Assembly: GCA_041552015.1 (NCBI GenBank)
Contig: JBFELT010000001.1
Coordinates: forward strand, 1 to 55,373
Direction: 5' to 3'
Length of the DNA: 55,373 nt
Origin: Woeseiaceae bacterium
GTDB taxonomy: Bacteria; Pseudomonadota; Gammaproteobacteria; Steroidobacterales; Woeseiaceae
Both the position numbers and the translations under genes were made by a program. Numbering within the stretch: position 1 is the stretch's first letter; the number at the start of each line of letters is the position of its first letter. The notes beneath the pieces are model-generated. The model did not search any database, was not told where the DNA came from, and saw only the letters and a list, made by a program, of their open reading frames with translations. Positions 1 to 8,187 of the stretch are shown here, piece after piece.

Positions 1-1406
1 CCGAACCCGGGGTTTGCGCACTGGCGGGCAGCGCATTCATTACCATCTGGAGCGCCGGCGCTGATCCGGTGACGATCGACGGTAATGTCGCCGTTCCCGG
101 CCGCGGTCTTGCCGAGGAACAACGCGGCCACGGTGCCGTCGAAGTGACCCTCGCCTACGGCGGCGGAATAACGACGTTGGTCGGACCTGGCTCGATAGCG
201 GTGCCGGGCACCCTGGCTGCAATGCAACATGCCTGGGAACGGTATGGCAATGCCTCCTGGGCAGACATTTTTGCGCCGACAATACGAGCCTGCCGCGAGG
301 GCTTTCCGCTTTCCGGCGCGTGCCGCTATTACCTCGGCTACTCCGGCGACAGCATTTTCAATCGCAGCCCGGACGGGCGCGGGGCGCTGCATCACGCCGA
401 CGGATCCTTGCTCGACGTCGGTGAAACCGTAGTCGTGCCACATCTGGCCGACACCCTTGCCGCGATCGCGACCGAAGGCGCGCGCATCTTCTACGAGGGC
501 GAAATCGCCGCCGCAATCGCGCGCCACTGCGAGGAAGGCCGGGGCATGCTGACGCTCGACGACCTGAAGAACTACCGGGCGATAGAGCGATCGCCCATCA
601 GGACTGAAGTCGGCGGCTGGTCCATAGCCAGCAACCCGCCGCCGGCCGTCGGCGGCAGTATGCTGGCCGCGATGCTGCTGGCCTGCAGCGATCTCTCGGG
701 CAATCGGTGGAGCCGCGAAAATATTGCGCAACTGGTCAACGCGCAACGCGCCTGTCTCGAATTTCGCAGGCGCAATCTCGACCTCGCCGACGACGTGCAA
801 TCCGAGGTCGAGCGCCTGCTGCAAACTGCCAGGAATGGCCGCCTGCAATCGCGGTGGACGTCCGCATCCACGGTACATACCTCGGTAGTCGACATCGATG
901 GCAACGGTTGTGCAATCACGGCCTCGTCCGGCTATGGCTCCGGGGAAATGCCGGCCGGAACAGGCCTGTGGCTGAACAATTGCCTGGGCGAAATAGAACT
1001 GAATCGACGCGGCCTGGACGCCGGACCAACGGGTTCGAGACTGCCCTCCAACATGGCCCCGAGTGTCGCGCGCGGGGATGGCGCCGTACTGGCCGCCGGG
1101 TCTCCGGGGGCCGACAGGATTACGACGGCCCTGCAGCAATTCCTGATCAACTACCTGCTCCTGGAGATGCCACTGGCAGACGCCATCGCCCATCCGCGCG
1201 TACACATCGATACCAGTGGCGACAGCCTGCGGCTGATGTCGGAACCCGGTCTCGACCTGCCGGATTTCGACTTGCCGGTAACCGTTTTTCCCGATCTGGC
1301 GATGTACTTCGGCGGGGTGGGCGCCGCGCTATGCGATCCTGACCTGGGCCTGCAGGCCGCGGCGGACCCCCGGCGCGAAGGCGGCGTCTTCGTCTCTGCC
1401 GGCTGA
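1..1406 (+). CDS. ggt: gamma-glutamyltransferase family protein (5' end outside window)
   Basis: The frame is open from the window edge (frame of nt 3) to TGA 1404-1406. The translation carries the GGT/Ntn-hydrolase nucleophile region TVHTSVVDIDGNGCAITASSGYGSGEMP and GSPGADRITTAL. Confidence 0.8.
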   Translation, partial: EPGVCALAGSAFITIWSAGADPVTIDGNVAVPGRGLAEEQRGHGAVEVTLAYGGGITTLVGPGSIAVPGTLAAMQHAWERYGNASWADIFAPTIRACREGFPLSGACRYYLGYSGDSIFNRSPDGRGALHHADGSLLDVGETVVVPHLADTLAAIATEGARIFYEGEIAAAIARHCEEGRGMLTLDDLKNYRAIERSPIRTEVGGWSIASNPPPAVGGSMLAAMLLACSDLSGNRWSRENIAQLVNAQRACLEFRRRNLDLADDVQSEVERLLQTARNGRLQSRWTSASTVHTSVVDIDGNGCAITASSGYGSGEMPAGTGLWLNNCLGEIELNRRGLDAGPTGSRLPSNMAPSVARGDGAVLAAGSPGADRITTALQQFLINYLLLEMPLADAIAHPRVHIDTSGDSLRLMSEPGLDLPDFDLPVTVFPDLAMYFGGVGAALCDPDLGLQAAADPRREGGVFVSAG

Positions 1407-3157
1407 TGATCAAGCACCCCGCCGTACTTGCCGTTGTCGCCCTCGCGGTGTTCCTGGCATCACCGCTTGCGGCGCAGCAAACCCTTACGCGTGGCGGCTC
1501 GTTCTCGGCGGATATCGCGCACGACGGTCGCATTGCGATCGATCTTGCCGGCGACATCTGGATCGTGCCGGCCGGCGGCGGCAAGGCCGTGCCCGTAACG
1601 AGCAACCTGAATACGGCACAGCGGCCCCGGTGGTCGCCCAGCGGCTCCCGGATCGCGTACCAGGCCGTATCGCTCGGGGTCACCGGGCTGTTTGTTTATG
1701 ACTTCGCGACCCGGCAATCGAGCAGCATCAGTCGCGGCGGTTCCTTCGACATGCGCCCGGCCTGGCATCCCGACGGCGAGCGCATCGTCTATGCATCGGA
1801 CGCGACGGGTGAGGGTTTCGACCTGTGGGAGGTCGATCTGCGCTCCGGCCTGCACTGGCGGCTTAGCGATCGTCCCGGCGACGAGACGGATGCCGCCTGG
1901 TCGTCGGACGGCGGCGACCTCGTTTACGTGCACCAGAAGGACGATACCTGGTCGTTGATACTGCGTCGTCGCGGACTGCCGGAGGAAACCCTGGTGTCAA
2001 CACGCGACAGGATCGCCGGTCCCTCATGGCGGCCGGACGGCAGCCTGATCACCTTTTTTCGCGAGGGCAATCCGGCGAGGAGCATCGATATGGTGATTCT
2101 GTCAGAGCCGCGTCTCGTCAGGAAATACGCGAGTGGCGAGGAATTCGGGCTGAGCCCGATAAGCTGGCAGGACCGGCACCGCATGCTCTACACGGCCGGA
2201 GGCGCCCTCTGGCAACGCCTGTTCAATTCCTGGACGTCTTCGCCGCTTCCCTTCGAGGCAACGCTGCAGGACGCCAGGTCAGCGATACCCGCAGAGACGC
2301 TGACGCGCCGACCGCTGCCGCCTGTCGATGAACCGCCCGGCCGCCTGGTCATTCGGGCCGCGCGCCTGTTTGACGGCCTCGGCGGTGGCTATCAGACCGA
2401 CCGCGACATCGTCATCGACGGTGGCCGAATCACGGCCGTCGAGCCGCACGCCGACCGACCGGGTTCGATAGTAATCGATATGGGGGACCTCGCCGTGTTG
2501 CCGGGCTACATCGACACACACGGCAATCTGTCAGGACTGCTCAGCCGCTTCGGCGATCAGGCGGGCCCCATGGTGCTGGCAGCCGGTGTAACGACCCTGG
2601 TTGCCCGGCACGGCGACGCCCCGCGCCTTGACGACCTGTGGTCGGGCAAGGCCATGCCTGGGCCCCGGCTGCTGAGCCGGGACGACTGGCCAGTCCCGGA
2701 CCTGCGTTCGATGGCCGACGCAACGACGCCCGGAATCGCCGTGTTGCTGCAATCCCGCCAGGCCAGACTGGCCCGCATCACGGGACCACTGGCGCGACGG
2801 TTCTCGGAACCTCTCAGCCTCAGCGGCAACGCAAGTGCCTTCGTCCTTGCCAGCTACGAGAACGGGCTGCCAGCGGGGATCGGCCTGCACGCCGAATTTC
2901 TCGCGCTGGACGCGGCCGGGTTGACGCCGGAAGAGGCCATCAAGGGAGCCGGCGTCAATGCCGCTGCGGCGCTAAAACTCGACCCGCTGCTCGGCAGGAT
3001 TGCCGTCGGGGCCGCTGCGGACCTGGTATTCGTCGACGGCGATCCGCTAACGAACGTCCGGGACGCGCTGGAGATCGTTGCCGTTGTGCGAAACGGCCGG
3101 TTCTTCAGCGTCAGCGGGCTGATCGATCGACTGGCGCCAGCCGCTAGTGTCGAATAA
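1406..3157 (+). CDS. periplasmic TolB-like (PD40 beta-propeller) / amidohydrolase-like fusion protein
   Basis: ATG 1406 overlaps the ggt stop by 1 nt (TGATG). N-terminal signal peptide. Repeated PD40-type motifs (RPRWSPSGSRIAYQA, RPAWHPDGERIVYASD, AAWSSDGGDLVYV, GPSWRPDGSLITFF). The C-terminal half looks like an amidohydrolase (LPGYIDTHGNL ... DLVFVDGDPLTNV). Confidence 0.7.
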   Translation: MIKHPAVLAVVALAVFLASPLAAQQTLTRGGSFSADIAHDGRIAIDLAGDIWIVPAGGGKAVPVTSNLNTAQRPRWSPSGSRIAYQAVSLGVTGLFVYDFATRQSSSISRGGSFDMRPAWHPDGERIVYASDATGEGFDLWEVDLRSGLHWRLSDRPGDETDAAWSSDGGDLVYVHQKDDTWSLILRRRGLPEETLVSTRDRIAGPSWRPDGSLITFFREGNPARSIDMVILSEPRLVRKYASGEEFGLSPISWQDRHRMLYTAGGALWQRLFNSWTSSPLPFEATLQDARSAIPAETLTRRPLPPVDEPPGRLVIRAARLFDGLGGGYQTDRDIVIDGGRITAVEPHADRPGSIVIDMGDLAVLPGYIDTHGNLSGLLSRFGDQAGPMVLAAGVTTLVARHGDAPRLDDLWSGKAMPGPRLLSRDDWPVPDLRSMADATTPGIAVLLQSRQARLARITGPLARRFSEPLSLSGNASAFVLASYENGLPAGIGLHAEFLALDAAGLTPEEAIKGAGVNAAAALKLDPLLGRIAVGAAADLVFVDGDPLTNVRDALEIVAVVRNGRFFSVSGLIDRLAPAASVE

Positions 3158-3431
3158 TTTGACAAAATACGGCCAATGCACACGCCGTCGCTCGTTTCGT
3201 GAGGAAGATATCCGGCGAGCATCCGTGACATCAGGACCATATGCTGTGCCTGCGGCCCCGCATCGGCACACTTTTTCAGAGGTTTCATGGGCTTGTCATT
3301 GGCTCTTCGTGCGGCAGGTGATGTGGTAAGCCGTCGAATCGTCGGATTATTTTACAAATCGGGCGCGAGCTTCCCGTTTCGACCCATTCCGGCACCGCTC
3401 GCGCGAGTACACGCGGGCCCTTCGGATACCT

Positions 3432-3447
3432 TGGCACAGGAATTGCT
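3432..3447 (+). promoter_or_regulatory. sigma-54 (RpoN) -24/-12 promoter
   Basis: TGGCAC-aggaa-TTGCT matches the TGGCAC-N5-TTGCW consensus with exact GG/GC spacing. It lies in a 573-nt intergenic region. The predicted transcription start is near 3458. Confidence 0.6.
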
Positions 3448-3457
3448 TTTATAAACT

Positions 3458-3660
3458 TGCCCAAGCGAAGTGTAATTGCAGTCGGAAGCAACACGGTCAG
3501 ACACCGGATTTAGACGCCAGAAGAAAAATAACAACAAAAACAAGAAGATCGAAATCCAATAATAATAAAACTTTCTGCAACCGTTATCCGAATTCGCAAT
3601 TACCTCTTTTGATAAAAAAGAGAACCTGGCCCCGCCGCTAACGCCGCGGGGCTTTTTCTT
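3458..3660 (+). ncRNA. candidate sigma-54-dependent A-rich small RNA (or terminated leader of the amidase gene)
   Basis: No ATG-initiated ORF between the promoter and the terminator. A-rich (ARN)n / AAnAAnAA tracts: AGAAGAAAAATAACAACAAAAACAAGAAGA (about 3509-3548) and AATAATAATAAAA (about 3558-3571). Hairpin CTCTTTT-gataa-AAAAGAG (3604-3622), then a GC-rich terminator. Both ends are predicted only. Confidence 0.35.
3629..3660 (+). terminator. rho-independent terminator
   Basis: GCCCCGC (3629-3635) pairs with GCGGGGC (3646-3652) and is followed by TTTTTCTTT. Confidence 0.7.
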
Positions 3661-3730
3661 TGGCAGAATGGCTTCCCGGCTGCCACACGCTGTGAGCAGC
3701 TACGCCGGTCGCGCCGGACAACATCGATGA

Positions 3731-5284
3731 ATGGGGAAGCGCGTGCACATGTTCAACAGGCCGATCACACTACTGCTCCTCGCGCTGCTCCTGCTCGTTG
3801 CCTGCGAAGGCGAACGGGATTTCGCAGAAGCCAGCGTTGCCGACCTGCACGATCAGCTGCAGCGCGGCGAAATCTCGTCGCAGGATCTCGTCGAATGGTA
3901 CATCGACCGCATCAAGACAATAGATCGCGCCGGGCCCATGTTGAATTCGATGATCGAGATCAACCCGGATGCATTGCGCATCGCGCGTGCGCTCGACATC
4001 GAGTGGCGGGAATCGGGGCCTCGCGGCCCGCTGCACGGCTTGCCGATCGTGCTCAAGGCGAATATCGATACCGCCGACCAGATGTACACGAGTGCCGGTT
4101 CGCTCGCACTCGCGGAGCATACGCCACCGGCCGACGCTTTCGTTGTAAGACGGCTTCGCGACGCAGGCGTCGTTATCCTGGGCAAGGCGAACCTTAGCGA
4201 ATGGGCGAATTTTCGATCGTCCCGCTCGTCGAGCGGCTGGAGCAGCGTCGGCGGACAGACACGCAATCCCTATGACACGACGCGATCTCCCTGTGGTTCA
4301 TCCAGCGGATCGGCAGTCGCTGTCTCGGCCAACCTCACGGTGCTCGCCGTTGGCACCGAGACCGACGGGTCCGTTATCTGCCCTTCCGGCAGCAACGGCA
4401 TCGTCGGTATCAAGCCTACGCTGGGGCTGGTGAGTCGCAGCGGTATCATCCCGATTGCACACAGTCAGGACACCGCCGGCCCCATGGCACGATCGGTGCG
4501 GGACGCAGCCCTGCTGCTGAACGCGATGACCGGCATCGATGCCGACGATGCGGCAACAGCCGGCGCCGAGATTCACCACGACTACTCGTCCAACCTTACG
4601 GCGGACGGCGCCCGGGGCAAGCGTATCGGCGTCCTCCGTTCCTACAGCGGCGCCGGATCAAACCCGGGGGTCGAGGCCTTGCTCGACGCCAGCATCCTGA
4701 CGCTCGGCAGCAACGGCGCCGAAATCGTGGACAATATCGAATACGAGGCGCCCAACATGAACGATGCGGAGTACACGGTCCTGCTGTACGAGTTCCGCGC
4801 CGACCTGAATGCCTACCTGGAGACGGCAAAGGCGCCGATCAGGAGCCTGGCGGGGTTGATTGACTTCAACGAGGCGCATGCGGAAAAGGTCATGCCGATC
4901 TTCGGCCAGGAAATCTTCCTGGAAGCCGAGCAGATGGGTCCGCTCACGGACGCCGACTATGCGAAGGCCCTGGAAATCAGCAAGCGCGAAGCGACGAGCG
5001 CACTCGATACGGCGCTTGACGACCTCGAACTGGATGCGCTGATAGCCCCGAGCAACGGACCGGCCTGGGTGATCGATCACGTCAACGGCGACAATTTCTC
5101 CATTGGCAGCTCGGCACTGGCCGCGATCTCCGGGTATCCCAGCATTACGGTACCCGCCGGCCAGGTCGCCGGTCTGCCGATCGGCGTAACCTTCATCGGA
5201 AAACCGTGGAATGAGAAGCAGCTCATAGAGATCGCCTACGCCTTCGAGCAAGCTACTAAGGCACGTAAAGCACCCGTCCACTAG
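3731..5284 (+). CDS. amidase-signature family amidase, probable lipoprotein or secreted
   Basis: Amidase signature GGSSSGSAVAVSANL and catalytic-region GTETDGSVICPS. N-terminal LLLALLLLVAC lipobox-like signal. An alternative ATG start lies at 3749. Confidence 0.85.
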   Translation: MGKRVHMFNRPITLLLLALLLLVACEGERDFAEASVADLHDQLQRGEISSQDLVEWYIDRIKTIDRAGPMLNSMIEINPDALRIARALDIEWRESGPRGPLHGLPIVLKANIDTADQMYTSAGSLALAEHTPPADAFVVRRLRDAGVVILGKANLSEWANFRSSRSSSGWSSVGGQTRNPYDTTRSPCGSSSGSAVAVSANLTVLAVGTETDGSVICPSGSNGIVGIKPTLGLVSRSGIIPIAHSQDTAGPMARSVRDAALLLNAMTGIDADDAATAGAEIHHDYSSNLTADGARGKRIGVLRSYSGAGSNPGVEALLDASILTLGSNGAEIVDNIEYEAPNMNDAEYTVLLYEFRADLNAYLETAKAPIRSLAGLIDFNEAHAEKVMPIFGQEIFLEAEQMGPLTDADYAKALEISKREATSALDTALDDLELDALIAPSNGPAWVIDHVNGDNFSIGSSALAAISGYPSITVPAGQVAGLPIGVTFIGKPWNEKQLIEIAYAFEQATKARKAPVH

Positions 5285-5300
5285 TTACACGGTCGAGCCC

Positions 5301-6071
5301 ATGTTCAAAGCCGTACGCATCTCAATTCTGCTGTTCGTACTGTTCTTCGTGACCGTCAGCACCTGGCTCACACAGGCGAGAAGTACCGACTGGAACAACA
5401 GCCTGTGGGTGAAGGTATACCCGATCAACGCTGACGGCAGCGCCGACTCGGCCAAATACATCCAGGAATTGCAGCTGCGCGACTTCGAGGACATCGAGGA
5501 TTTTCTGCAGCGCGAGACGGGCAAGTACGCCAGCCGCCTGTCGCGGCCGGTGCGCATCGAACTCGGCCAGCCGATCGACGAGCAGCCGCCCGAGATGTTT
5601 GGCGATCCAAACGGGCTCTCGGTGATGCTCTGGTCGCTGAAAATGCGCTGGTGGGCAAACAGCATTGCCGGTGAACAGGACAGTATCGAACCTGACGTCA
5701 GGATATTCGTGCGCTATCACACGCCGCACGCTGACCTGGTACTGGAGAATTCGGTTGGCCTGCAAAAGGGCATGGTTGGCGTTGTCAACGGATTCGCCCA
5801 TCGGCGCTATCGCGGCACGAACAACGTAATCATCGCGCACGAATTCCTGCATACGCTCGGCGCAACGGACAAGTACAACCCCGGCGACGGACAGCCTGTC
5901 GGACCGGACGGCCTCGCCGAACCGGATCGCGTGCCGCTTTATCCGCAGCGGCTCGCCGAGATCATGGGCGGCAGGATTGCGCTGGCCGACGACGATGCTG
6001 TCATCCCCAAGAGCCTCAAGTTCGCGGTTATCGGCGAGAAGACGGCCCGCGAGATCAACCTCGTCGACTGA
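5301..6071 (+). CDS. membrane-anchored hypothetical protein with HExxHxxGxxD zinc-protease-like motif
   Basis: One N-terminal TM helix (ISILLFVLFFVTVSTWL). Motif IIAHEFLHTLGATDKY. Coding-like composition. Starts 17 nt after the amidase stop. Confidence 0.6.
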   Translation: MFKAVRISILLFVLFFVTVSTWLTQARSTDWNNSLWVKVYPINADGSADSAKYIQELQLRDFEDIEDFLQRETGKYASRLSRPVRIELGQPIDEQPPEMFGDPNGLSVMLWSLKMRWWANSIAGEQDSIEPDVRIFVRYHTPHADLVLENSVGLQKGMVGVVNGFAHRRYRGTNNVIIAHEFLHTLGATDKYNPGDGQPVGPDGLAEPDRVPLYPQRLAEIMGGRIALADDDAVIPKSLKFAVIGEKTAREINLVD

Positions 6072-6122
6072 TCGGGGATCGCACCGCTTTCGTCGGCTCG
6101 CTTGCTCAGCTACGCTCGTCCC

Positions 6123-6917
6123 ATGGTGGTCAACGGCGCGCAGCAATTCTCGTGTAGCGATCTTCGGGTGAGCGTCCCCGGCCGTTTGCTTGTGCGCGAC
6201 CTCGTGCTGAGCATCAGCGATGGTGAATTGATCGCGATACTCGGACAAAACGGTTCCGGCAAATCGATGACCCTGCACACGCTCGCGGGATTGCGCAACC
6301 CCGAATCCGGCAGCGTCATTCTCAACGGCAGGAACATTGCCAGCACGCCCCGCTCGGAAATTGCACGTCAGCTGGCGCTGCTGCCGCAACACGTCGACGA
6401 TATCTTTCCTGCGACGGTTCTGGATACGGCCATGATCGGCCGCCACCCGCACATAGGACGACTGAACTGGGAATCCGATCAGGACTACTCGGTGGCGCGT
6501 TCGGCGCTGCAGGCAGTGGGCCTGGATTCACTCCTGGATCGCGACGTTTTGACCCTGTCGGGGGGCGAGCGCAGGCGACTCGCAATCGCCCAGGTGCTCA
6601 CGCAGGAGCCGCGTATCTACCTGCTGGACGAGCCGACTAACCATCTCGATCCCCAGCATCAGCTTGATGCGCTGCAGCTGTTCCGTCAAAAAGCCGACGC
6701 CGGCGCAACTATCCTGGCCAGCCTGCACGACGTCAACCTGGCCGTGCGCTACGCCGATCGCTGTCTGTTGCTGTATGGCGACGGGCGCTGGGATCTCGGC
6801 CCGACGAACGACATTCTGGATACGAATCGTCTCAGCAGGCTGTATGGCACGCCCATGGAGGCCGTCAGCTGGCGCTCCCGCCAGTTATTTGTCGCCTCAG
6901 GCGACGAAGCCCCGTAA
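6123..6917 (+). CDS. ABC transporter ATP-binding protein, FecE/BtuD (iron-siderophore/cobalamin) type
   Basis: Walker A GQNGSGKS, signature LSGGERRRLAIAQ, Walker B IYLLDEPTNHLD. ATG 6123 is preferred over the in-frame TTG at 6102. Confidence 0.85.
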   Translation: MVVNGAQQFSCSDLRVSVPGRLLVRDLVLSISDGELIAILGQNGSGKSMTLHTLAGLRNPESGSVILNGRNIASTPRSEIARQLALLPQHVDDIFPATVLDTAMIGRHPHIGRLNWESDQDYSVARSALQAVGLDSLLDRDVLTLSGGERRRLAIAQVLTQEPRIYLLDEPTNHLDPQHQLDALQLFRQKADAGATILASLHDVNLAVRYADRCLLLYGDGRWDLGPTNDILDTNRLSRLYGTPMEAVSWRSRQLFVASGDEAP

Positions 6918-7691
6918 CGACTTCAGATACGCGGCGTGCAATGCCGGATTCGCGGCGAGCACCGAGCGCGTCTGCAGGCCGGGCTTGAGACCGTTCAGAT
7001 CGGTAAACAGTCCTCCGGCCTCGCTCACGATGACGGACAAGGCAGCGATATCCAGGATATTCACGTCCGACTCGATCACGGCCTCTATTTTTCCCGAGGC
7101 CAGTAAATGGTAGTGGTAGAAGTCACCGTAGCCGCGGATGCGGTCCGCGCGCTCGACGATACGGCCCAGCGAGGACCAGCCATCGCTGCCGGCCAATGAT
7201 TTCAGGTTTCCGACCGAGACCGCCGCGCGATCAGGATCGTCGATTGCACTGATCGCGAGCCGGCGCCCGTTGAGCCACGCGCCTCTGCCTTTTTCCGCCC
7301 ACGCCAGCTCGTCCATCATCGTGCCGCTCGATACGCCGAGAACGATCTCACCGCGGTGCATGAGCGCAATCTGCGTGGAGAAGAAGGGGTACTGACGCAC
7401 GAAGCCCTTGGTACCGTCTATCGGGTCCACGAGCCACAAGTAGTCGGCGTCGTCGCGCGTCCGGCCGGTTTCCTCGCCATAAAAACCGTACTCGGGAAAG
7501 CGTTGCAGCAGCAGGCTGCGGATGGCCTGCTCGCACTCGACATCGGCCTGCGTCACCGGCGTCCTGTCGGCTTTGGTGCTCACCGTGAAATTGCCGTTGT
7601 AGTAGTGGCGGCTGATGGCCGCGGCTTCCTGCGCTGCCGCCAGCGCGACCTGCAGGTGTTCGGATGCACTACCCTCGAGATGACTGTCCAC
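6897..7691 (-). CDS. inositol monophosphatase family protein (IMPase / HisN / CysQ-like)
   Basis: Motifs YGEETG, WLVDPIDGTKGF, and a C-terminal WD-type region (GYGDFYHY...). GTG start with AGGAAA 7 nt upstream. Confidence 0.8.
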   Translation of the reverse strand: MDSHLEGSASEHLQVALAAAQEAAAISRHYYNGNFTVSTKADRTPVTQADVECEQAIRSLLLQRFPEYGFYGEETGRTRDDADYLWLVDPIDGTKGFVRQYPFFSTQIALMHRGEIVLGVSSGTMMDELAWAEKGRGAWLNGRRLAISAIDDPDRAAVSVGNLKSLAGSDGWSSLGRIVERADRIRGYGDFYHYHLLASGKIEAVIESDVNILDIAALSVIVSEAGGLFTDLNGLKPGLQTRSVLAANPALHAAYLKSLRGFVA

Positions 7692-7849
7692 GACTGTTTT
7701 CCTGACTTTGATTCAAACGGCATCACTATGGCCACATGCGCGCCGGTTGACAAGCCGTCGAATTCGGCGCAATCCAAATCTCGCTTGACAGCCTCCCGGC
7801 ACCTGCCTATCGTTTCTGCTTCATCAGGTGAACCCGAAATGGCTTGTTT

Positions 7850-8066
7850 CGGGTGAACGGGAAGCCGGTGTCGCAATTTCGATTCGCTGTCGAAACTGTT
7901 ATTCCGGCGCTGCCCCCGCAACGGTGATCGAGTCAATGCCGTAACCCCTGTGCCGCAGACCGCGCCGAGCGCTGTCGCCGGCACAGAGCCACTGCGAACG
8001 GACCTTGAGTTCGCGGGAAGGCGTTACAGCAGGAGAAATCCGCTCGTCAGCCCGGAGACCGGCCGG
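7850..8066 (+). promoter_or_regulatory. cobalamin (B12) riboswitch
   Basis: Core elements in canonical order: GGGAAGCCGGTG (7858-7869), CCGGCGCTGCCCCCGCAACGGTGA (7904-7927), GCCACTG (7988-7994), GGGAAGGC (8015-8022), B12 box AGCCCGGAGACCGGCC (8049-8064). Located upstream of btuB. Confidence 0.85.
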
Positions 8067-8187
8067 ATGAAACGCGAATGGCGCGGCGGGCGCAGGTTCG
8101 GGCGTGCAGTCTCTGCGTCCAGCTTCCTCCGCATCATTGACACCCGGAATGTTTGGGCGTGCGGGCGGCACGCAGGGAAGACCATAG

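Noticed and set aside
3329-3352. Possible weak terminator GCCGTCGAATCGTCGG + ATTATTTT, about 170 nt downstream of the amidohydrolase-like gene.
   Set aside because: The stem has a central mismatch and the T-run is interrupted. The evidence is too weak to call, though it may be part of an enhancer-like palindrome upstream of the sigma-54 promoter.
3147-3543. Small ORFs in the long intergenic region: 60 aa (+), 69 aa (-) and 63 aa (-). Also a 28-codon TTG ORF through the A-rich tract.
   Set aside because: No SD sequences, odd composition and overlap with each other. The region is better explained by a sigma-54 promoter, a structured RNA and a terminator.
5322-6452. 376-aa minus-strand ORF spanning the HExxH gene and the ABC ATPase start. 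Other long shadow ORFs are similar: 12646-13704, 22053-23027, 23268-24302, 24284-25414, 29447-31003, 36113-36853, 50775-51713, 51473-52375, 52659-54344.
   Set aside because: Each is antisense or out of frame to a gene with clear family motifs. Their products are Arg/Ala/Gly-rich without motifs. These are high-GC artefacts.
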